A stretch of DNA of 64,000 bases, from positions 85,228 to 149,227 of the forward strand of contig WJMJ01000148.1 of NCBI GenBank assembly GCA_014728035.1. The letters run 5' to 3'. This DNA is from Promethearchaeota archaeon (lineage in GTDB: Archaea > Asgardarchaeota > Thorarchaeia > Thorarchaeales > Thorarchaeaceae). The translations under genes and the position numbers were made by a program. Within the stretch, counting starts at the first letter, position 1. Every line of letters begins with the position of its first letter. This document shows positions 58,291-64,000 of the stretch, piece by piece. Below the pieces are notes generated by a model. The model was not told the DNA's origin, made no database searches, and was given only the letters and a program-made list of their open reading frames with translations.

Positions 58291-59661
58291 TCAGCTCCCT
58301 TCCTTTTGTGATGATGTGCGTCTTGAAATAAACCGAATAACGGGTGGACTATTTGCCAATGATAGAATGACTGAAAATGCTAATAGTGCTAAGACAATTC
58401 CAAATGGAAAATTATCTGAAAACATAGAAACAATTCCAACTGCCAATGCAGATGTTATGAATAAGATAAATCTGAAAGCAGCTGTACCTGCCCCAAGTCG
58501 TGCTATTCGAATGGATGTTCTGATGAATAACAACATTCCAGCAGCAATTCCGAATCCAATAAAGAGCCATAGTACTTCTTGTTCATAGCGACCACCAATT
58601 ACATCAGGAAATGCAAAACATACAATAGCAGATCCATATATGTTTAGGAATTCCCTTGAGTAGGAATATGCTGTATTTCCAAAGTTCATCACTACACCAG
58701 CAAGAACGAAAGCTCCAACTGCAAACATTCCCAACACTACATCAAACCACACAAAATATTGATTCCATGCACCTTCGGATTGGTAGATAGAAAATGATAA
58801 TGCGTGAGTCATAATCATTAGAGAAAGTGCGCCAATGACTAATGCAATATATCGAGGTGCTTTCGTTCCCGTTTCTTGTGCTTGCTGAATGAAATAGTTT
58901 AGAGGGATGATCATCGCTAAACCTGATAGTATTGCAGCTTGCGAATAGAGTGTAATGATGGTTTCACCGGACTGGAACGAAACTATGACTAGTGATGAAC
59001 CAATTGTGAATGCAGTGAGGATTAGAAAAATCGTTAACATTGTTCTAACTGGTTTTCTTATAGATGCAAATATTGAAGCTCCCAGCAACAATGGTAAAGC
59101 ATTGATTATGAAAAATTCGGGATTGACGAACAACCATCCAGATGCTGACACTAGCCATGCAACAACAAAGACCAATTCTAGAACTAGAAAAGAAACCGAG
59201 AATACTGTCGGATTTTCACGAACAAGTACAATCGAAGATATAATTCCCCCACCAAGGAAAAACAGTAAAGTCACCATTAGAATTCCAATTGTGGGAGGTA
59301 AAACAAACCTGAGGTAAGCACTGATAGCAACCGATGATGCCATTAGTAGTATAATGATAATTTTGAGATAATTAGCTAATTTCTTATTTGGATAAAGAAT
59401 ATTGATCTGAGTAAGAAATAGCAATCCAAGAAAGATGGCGCTATTACCCATTACCAGATGAGTCATCGTAGAGTGAACAGCAAAGAATGGTACAAAAGCC
59501 ATGGAGATTCCTGCAGCACCATATGTCATCAGAGCTCGACGTGTATTGGGAGTGATTTCTGTGATGATTTCTCTAATGTTTCTCCCGTAAATTACAATAG
59601 AAAACAATGTTGCCGCAAAGGTTACCAATCCTGAAATAAAGATAGTCTGTGAAAAATCCAT
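58291..59661 (-). CDS. About 15-TM membrane protein (copy A), putative double-7TM receptor
   Basis: Shares IREI, ENPT, NPE, SIRKPxRTM, YIALV, THxLS, WFDV, FIRTS, SPP with copy B. Confidence 0.75.
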   Translation of the reverse strand: MDFSQTIFISGLVTFAATLFSIVIYGRNIREIITEITPNTRRALMTYGAAGISMAFVPFFAVHSTMTHLVMGNSAIFLGLLFLTQINILYPNKKLANYLKIIIILLMASSVAISAYLRFVLPPTIGILMVTLLFFLGGGIISSIVLVRENPTVFSVSFLVLELVFVVAWLVSASGWLFVNPEFFIINALPLLLGASIFASIRKPVRTMLTIFLILTAFTIGSSLVIVSFQSGETIITLYSQAAILSGLAMIIPLNYFIQQAQETGTKAPRYIALVIGALSLMIMTHALSFSIYQSEGAWNQYFVWFDVVLGMFAVGAFVLAGVVMNFGNTAYSYSREFLNIYGSAIVCFAFPDVIGGRYEQEVLWLFIGFGIAAGMLLFIRTSIRIARLGAGTAAFRFILFITSALAVGIVSMFSDNFPFGIVLALLAFSVILSLANSPPVIRFISRRTSSQKEGS

Positions 59662-59671
59662 TATTACACCT

Positions 59672-60049
59672 CTAACCCCATAAATCTGAAATTTCCCTGC
59701 CTCTTTTGCTTGCTACTTTCTCGATTCGTGTTGTCAATTCTTCAGTAGAAGCATCTGGTTCTTTTGCTACAGAACGAACACATTCACCAGCTTCATTTTC
59801 ATTATCAGCTTCACAAATGAAAAGTGTACCACCAACCTGAGAATATGATATGACGCCTCGATCGCTTTTCATAAAATGTGGCTGATCTGAAGGTATCTCC
59901 TGAATATCATCTCTTTCAAGTGCTGCTGAAACCAATTGTACAATTCCAGTAAGAAGCGCAATACGTTCAGCTTTTTCTTCACCTACTGGATAAAGTACTG
60001 TCGAAGACATATCATCAAGAGCTACTTTTACAACTAAACGAATTACCAA
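59672..60049 (-). CDS. Longin-fold protein (copy A)
   Basis: Paralogue of 57614-57991; GAGGAGG RBS and TTG start. Confidence 0.65.
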   Translation of the reverse strand: MVIRLVVKVALDDMSSTVLYPVGEEKAERIALLTGIVQLVSAALERDDIQEIPSDQPHFMKSDRGVISYSQVGGTLFICEADNENEAGECVRSVAKEPDASTEELTTRIEKVASKRGREISDLWG

Positions 60050-60061
60050 GCTTTATCCTCC

Positions 60062-60346
60062 TCATCCAAAAGCGTCTGTGAGCCAGTCTAGCTCACTTGA
60101 ACCTGTTTTCGATTCCTTTTTCTTTTCTTTCTGCATTGGTACGACAACATCTCGTACCCCGAGACCTTTACCTCCACGTTGATTGTATAAGGTAACGAGT
60201 AATTCATGATTGTTCTCACACCTAACAATCATCGTGGGACTACGACCTTCTTTAGAGATTCTCTCCTTAACCTCAGCAGCCTCTTCATCGGTCATTTCTA
60301 TAAGAGCTGAACCGTCACAGGCTGGACATTTGAATACTAGTTTCAT
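60062..60346 (-). CDS. Small zinc-binding protein (copy A)
   Basis: FKCPAC...CENNH; paralogue of 57991-58284. Confidence 0.75.
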   Translation of the reverse strand: MKLVFKCPACDGSALIEMTDEEAAEVKERISKEGRSPTMIVRCENNHELLVTLYNQRGGKGLGVRDVVVPMQKEKKKESKTGSSELDWLTDAFG

Positions 60347-60736
60347 AGCTATCGTCCAGAACGTTCTCTTGGCCTACGAATTTGAATGAAAAACCCTTGA
60401 TATAGGTTATTAGGATTTATTCAAAATCTGAAGCTAGAAGACTCTCACGAATTCGCTATTTCGATTTCTCAATCTCAGTAAATCTTCTTCGCATACAATC
60501 TCGAATAAACTCAGGAAAAGAAGAATAGCCAAGTTCGTAGTCTCTATTGAATCGTTCGAATTTTATTCTGTAGTCATCAGGTAACGTTACAGTAGTCTGT
60601 CGTCCCAAAACAATCACTTCAGAGTTTTAACAGCTATCATGTCTAAAATAGACTGATTGTCAGAGGTCAAAGCTTATGTTCAAGGTTGCATATTGTAATA
60701 CATTCTATATTGAAAACGCTTGGAGAATTGTTTATT

Positions 60737-62635
60737 GTGACAGTAGAGGATGTGAAAAGAACAGATGACGGTCCAGCTCTTATGCTTGCGAATGAAGCGG
60801 TCGTAAGAGGTGCGCTTGAAGCTGATGTAAAGGTTGTTGCTTTTTATCCAGGGTCACCTACCTCAGAGATCCTAGACACATTTGGAGAGGTCTTGGACCA
60901 TTTTGGTGATTATCGGATGGAGATATCTGCTAATGAAAAGGTTGCTCTTGAGACCGCAGCTGGTGCGTCAATGGCAGGGCAACGTTCCTTTGTAAGTATG
61001 AAAAGTGTTGGAATGAACGTAGCCAGTGACTCGATGTTCAGCATAGGATATACAGGTCTCAATGCAGGGTGTGTCTGTCTGATTGCAGATGACCCCTATG
61101 CCCATTCATCACAGTCTGAGCAAGATGGACGATATTTTGGAGAAGCAGCATATGTTCCCATGATAGAACCCGCCACAGCTCAAGAAGCTAAAGATATGAC
61201 AAAATGGGCCTTTGAGGTCTCAGAACGCCACAAAACTTTGGTCATTATGAGAACTACGACTAGAGTCAATCATCAGAGAGGAATGGTTAACCTCGGAAAA
61301 CTGGATCGAACTCCATTCAAGAAAAACAAATGGGCAGACGTGAAAGGCGAATACTTCACAGTTGGAGCAATCGCCCGAGCTCTAAAAGCGAAGATACTAG
61401 AACGAACTAAGAAGGTTCGTAAAGAATTTGAAAAGACCAAATTCAATTTCATTGATGAAGGTGAAGGAGACACAGGGATAATCACTGCAGGTGTCTGTTA
61501 TTTACATTCCAAAGAAGCAATGAATAATCTAAACATGGAACTGCCTGTGCTAAAGATAGGAACTCTGTTTCCACTACCAGAACAGAAAATTGGCGAGTTC
61601 ATCAAACCACTGAAACGATTGATCATCGTAGAAGAATTAACTCCATATCTTGAGACCCGGATTACTGCTCTAGCTAAAGATATCAATCCTGACTTGGAGA
61701 TAATCGGAAAACGAAGCGGTCACTTCAGTGAGATGCTTGAATATAACGTACCAATTGTCGAGAAAGTGTTAGCATCTGTTTTTGAAACGAAACCAAGTCT
61801 CGACTACGATGCAATACTCGAAAGAGCAGAGAAGTTAAAGGCGGACCTTCCAGAACGAAGCCCAATATTCTGTCCTGGGTGTCCACATCGGGGTACACTT
61901 TGGGCATTTAGAGAGGCTTTACGGAAACTAAAGATTCGTGATGATATCGTGTATAACAACGACATAGGGTGTTACTCGATGGCTTTTCTCCCTCCCAATA
62001 ATTTTAGCGACTCAATGCTGGCAATGGGAGCTTCGTTAGGGGTCTCAGCTGGAATGGCACTCTCGTTAGAAGACAAAGTTATAGCTATGGTAGGTGATTC
62101 AACACTATATCATGCAGCGCTTCCCGGGATTGTAAATTTGATTCACCATAATGCAAACGTAACATTGTTTGTCTTAGATAACTCCGTGACTGCAATGACT
62201 GGACAGCAGTTTAACCCGAATAGCCCATATGATGCTGGGAGGTCTCCAGCAAGAAAGATAGACATGGAGAAACTCTTCGAGGGGCTCGGTGCTGACAAAA
62301 TCACAGTCATCGATCCATATCAGACGAGGGACTCTGTTAAGCCAATTATGGAAGCAATAGAAGCAGAAGGTCTCTCAGTAATCATTGCTAGAAGAGATTG
62401 TGCGCTCTATGGAGACCGTGAAAAGAAAAGAGCTGGAGAAAAAATCATTCCGAGTGAGAACGACAAGGAAACCTGCAGAGGTATCTATGCATGTGTTAAG
62501 GAATTCTATTGTCCAGCTATTGTTGTTGATGAATCAGACCATAAGATGATGATAGTACAAGACTTGTGCGATGGTTGTCTTGAATGTCGTCAAGTCTGTC
62601 CCGTGGATGCTCCATATCACGTAGGAGGTGCATAG
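60737..62635 (+). CDS. iorA: Indolepyruvate:ferredoxin oxidoreductase alpha subunit
   Basis: ANEAVVRGA, YPGSPTSE, NEKVALE, FCPGCPHR, DIGCY, GDST..H, LDN..TAMTG, C-terminal ferredoxin; probable GTG start at 60737. Confidence 0.93.
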   Translation: MTVEDVKRTDDGPALMLANEAVVRGALEADVKVVAFYPGSPTSEILDTFGEVLDHFGDYRMEISANEKVALETAAGASMAGQRSFVSMKSVGMNVASDSMFSIGYTGLNAGCVCLIADDPYAHSSQSEQDGRYFGEAAYVPMIEPATAQEAKDMTKWAFEVSERHKTLVIMRTTTRVNHQRGMVNLGKLDRTPFKKNKWADVKGEYFTVGAIARALKAKILERTKKVRKEFEKTKFNFIDEGEGDTGIITAGVCYLHSKEAMNNLNMELPVLKIGTLFPLPEQKIGEFIKPLKRLIIVEELTPYLETRITALAKDINPDLEIIGKRSGHFSEMLEYNVPIVEKVLASVFETKPSLDYDAILERAEKLKADLPERSPIFCPGCPHRGTLWAFREALRKLKIRDDIVYNNDIGCYSMAFLPPNNFSDSMLAMGASLGVSAGMALSLEDKVIAMVGDSTLYHAALPGIVNLIHHNANVTLFVLDNSVTAMTGQQFNPNSPYDAGRSPARKIDMEKLFEGLGADKITVIDPYQTRDSVKPIMEAIEAEGLSVIIARRDCALYGDREKKRAGEKIIPSENDKETCRGIYACVKEFYCPAIVVDESDHKMMIVQDLCDGCLECRQVCPVDAPYHVGGA

Positions 62636-63260
62636 AATGGAAGGCACATACAATATCATGTTCTGTGGAGTCGGAGGGCAAGGCCTCATGTTGTTATCAT
62701 CCATCTTAGGAAAAGCAGCGACTGATTCAGGTATCAAGGTCATGACTGGAGAACAACACGGTCTCTCTCAACGTCAAGGTTCTATCTATGTCCATTTCAG
62801 AATGGGAAATCCGATATCTCCGCTAATTCCCTATGGTAAAGCAGATCTAATGATAGCTATGGAAGCTAGTGAAGCTCTGAGATACATCGAGTATCTGAAA
62901 GATGATGGGATAATTATCATGAGTAACCGAGTGATGCCAAGTGTGGCTGAAACTAGAGAAGTTGCTCTTGACAAAGATGAAAAGACAAAATACTACACAA
63001 TAGAAGAGATTGAGGAAAAGCTCAGGCAGGTCACAGACAAGATAATCCTGTTGGATTCACTTGAACTTGCGACAAAAGCAGGTAATCCAAAAACTGAGAA
63101 TTCTGTATTAATCGGTGCTGTTACTGCCTGTGACGATTTCCCGATTCCAGCAGATGAAGTAAAAGAGTCAGTTCTTGAATTAGTTCCACCTAAGACCGTG
63201 AAAGCGAATACAAAAGCTTTCGAACTTGGTCAAGAAGCAGGTGGAGACTGCCTTGGTTAG
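62628..63260 (+). CDS. iorB: Indolepyruvate:ferredoxin oxidoreductase beta subunit
   Basis: CGVGGQG, HGLSQRQGS, EALRY, NTKAFELG. Confidence 0.92.
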   Translation: MHRMEGTYNIMFCGVGGQGLMLLSSILGKAATDSGIKVMTGEQHGLSQRQGSIYVHFRMGNPISPLIPYGKADLMIAMEASEALRYIEYLKDDGIIIMSNRVMPSVAETREVALDKDEKTKYYTIEEIEEKLRQVTDKIILLDSLELATKAGNPKTENSVLIGAVTACDDFPIPADEVKESVLELVPPKTVKANTKAFELGQEAGGDCLG

Positions 63261-63264
63261 TTCT

Positions 63265-63302
63265 AGGATAGAGCTTCATGCTCTATCCTTCAATTTCTTT
63301 TA
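63265..63302 (+). terminator. Hairpin plus T-tract after iorB
   Basis: AGGATAGAGC-ttcat-GCTCTATCCT then a T-rich run. Confidence 0.65.
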
Positions 63303-63464
63303 GAAATTTTAACTTACTTTTTGAAAGGTGAAACTTAAATTGTTACTTTTCTAACAAATGCTGACTTGAGTAGCAATACTAAGGCACGCTAATGGTTTAG
63401 GATGTCAAATATAATCAGGTATAAGCTGATTTTTGCTACTTCAAATGCTTAAGGGAGAATTAAC

Positions 63465-64000
63465 TTGAAATTAAATCACGGAATGAAATTAGTGATTATT
63501 CTATTCGCATTCTTACTATTATTTTCTGCACCACAGGGAGAGAATGTGACTCTTTTAGAAGAATCTAATGACATTCAAATCACACGAACAGCTATTCACG
63601 CACCAGCGGGTTTAGATGATGTTAACATTACAGTAGACACAGTTTGGAATACAGACATGAATCTCACTAGGGGAATCGAGATTGACGAGGATGCAACACT
63701 GTTTATCAATAATTCCTATGTTAGATTAAATCAAGCCAACTACTCGAGTTGCTCGATTGTTGTAAAGAATGGTGGTACTCTCATTATCAAGAACGGATCT
63801 ACTCTAAACACGTACAATGACAGTATTGTGATGTATTCTATTGATTTCCAAGGTGGGTCTTATGGTAATATTACAGACTCCACTGTCATCCGCTGTTACA
63901 ATATTGAAGTTAGCTCATGTCAGATAACTCCATTCTTCTCAGAGATTGCTTTTGCCAACAACGTATTCTACGATTGGGGGTCACTTTCTGGCGGAATGAT
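63465..64000 (+). CDS. N-terminal part of a secreted beta-helix-type surface protein, truncated by the window end (absent from the ORF track)
   Basis: TTG 63465 or ATG 63483 after GGGAG; MKLVIILFAFLLLFSAP signal peptide; IVVKNGGTLIIKNGS; frame open to 64000. Confidence 0.75.
   Translation, partial: MKLNHGMKLVIILFAFLLLFSAPQGENVTLLEESNDIQITRTAIHAPAGLDDVNITVDTVWNTDMNLTRGIEIDEDATLFINNSYVRLNQANYSSCSIVVKNGGTLIIKNGSTLNTYNDSIVMYSIDFQGGSYGNITDSTVIRCYNIEVSSCQITPFFSEIAFANNVFYDWGSLSGGM

Noticed and set aside
56231-59661. Calling the TM proteins rhodopsins or true GPCRs
   Set aside because: No retinal-binding Lys motif in either seventh helix and no DRY/NPxxY motifs; only the topology is suggestive
60581-60590. 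Palindrome GTAACGTTAC upstream of iorA
   Set aside because: Single 10-bp instance with no second copy noticed; could be chance
200-62743. Many 60-160 aa ORFs antisense to or nested in long genes (e.g. 9220-9645, 32513-32917, 48563-49042, 54978-55385, 58955-59317)
   Set aside because: Shadow ORFs of well-supported genes, with no motifs or RBS
1-64000. Genome-wide TGA reassignment
   Set aside because: Conserved genes end at TGA (e.g. 8491, 26811, 28438) and long genes use TGG with no internal TGA
1-64000. Provirus, IS element or integrative element
   Set aside because: No integrase, transposase, terminal repeats or viral structural genes recognised

Overview
AT-rich, gene-dense archaeal chromosomal segment, most likely from an Asgard archaeon of the Thorarchaeia type. 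This is inferred from three Rab-like small GTPases, several longin-fold proteins, a 22-aa LRR protein, C-terminally anchored beta-helix surface proteins and permuted peptide-binding proteins. Recognisable content: a HEPN/MNT toxin-antitoxin pair; four beta-helix surface glycoproteins; a peptide-fermentation set (S9, M3B, M28 and M32 peptidases, TldD/PmbA, an OppA-like binding protein, tungsten AOR with two MoaD-like proteins, IorAB); thiol-redox genes; a TusA/DsrEFH sulfur-relay cluster; and two PAS histidine kinases. No rRNA, tRNA, CRISPR array or transposase was seen. The best candidate for an undescribed system is a tightly coupled 7-gene operon at 55670-60346 (-). It carries two tandem copies of [Zn-binding protein, longin-fold protein, 15-TM protein whose topology reads as two N-out/C-in 7TM units] followed by a Rab-like GTPase, suggesting a membrane receptor-longin-small GTPase signalling module. 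A second GTPase locus at 33203-37279 (-) has two GTPases bracketing an NPRL2-like longin/winged-helix protein, a stand-alone copy of its C-terminal domain, and a structured ~175-nt candidate sRNA. Clear MarR and PadR operator arrays are also visible. All family calls come from motif reading without database searches.
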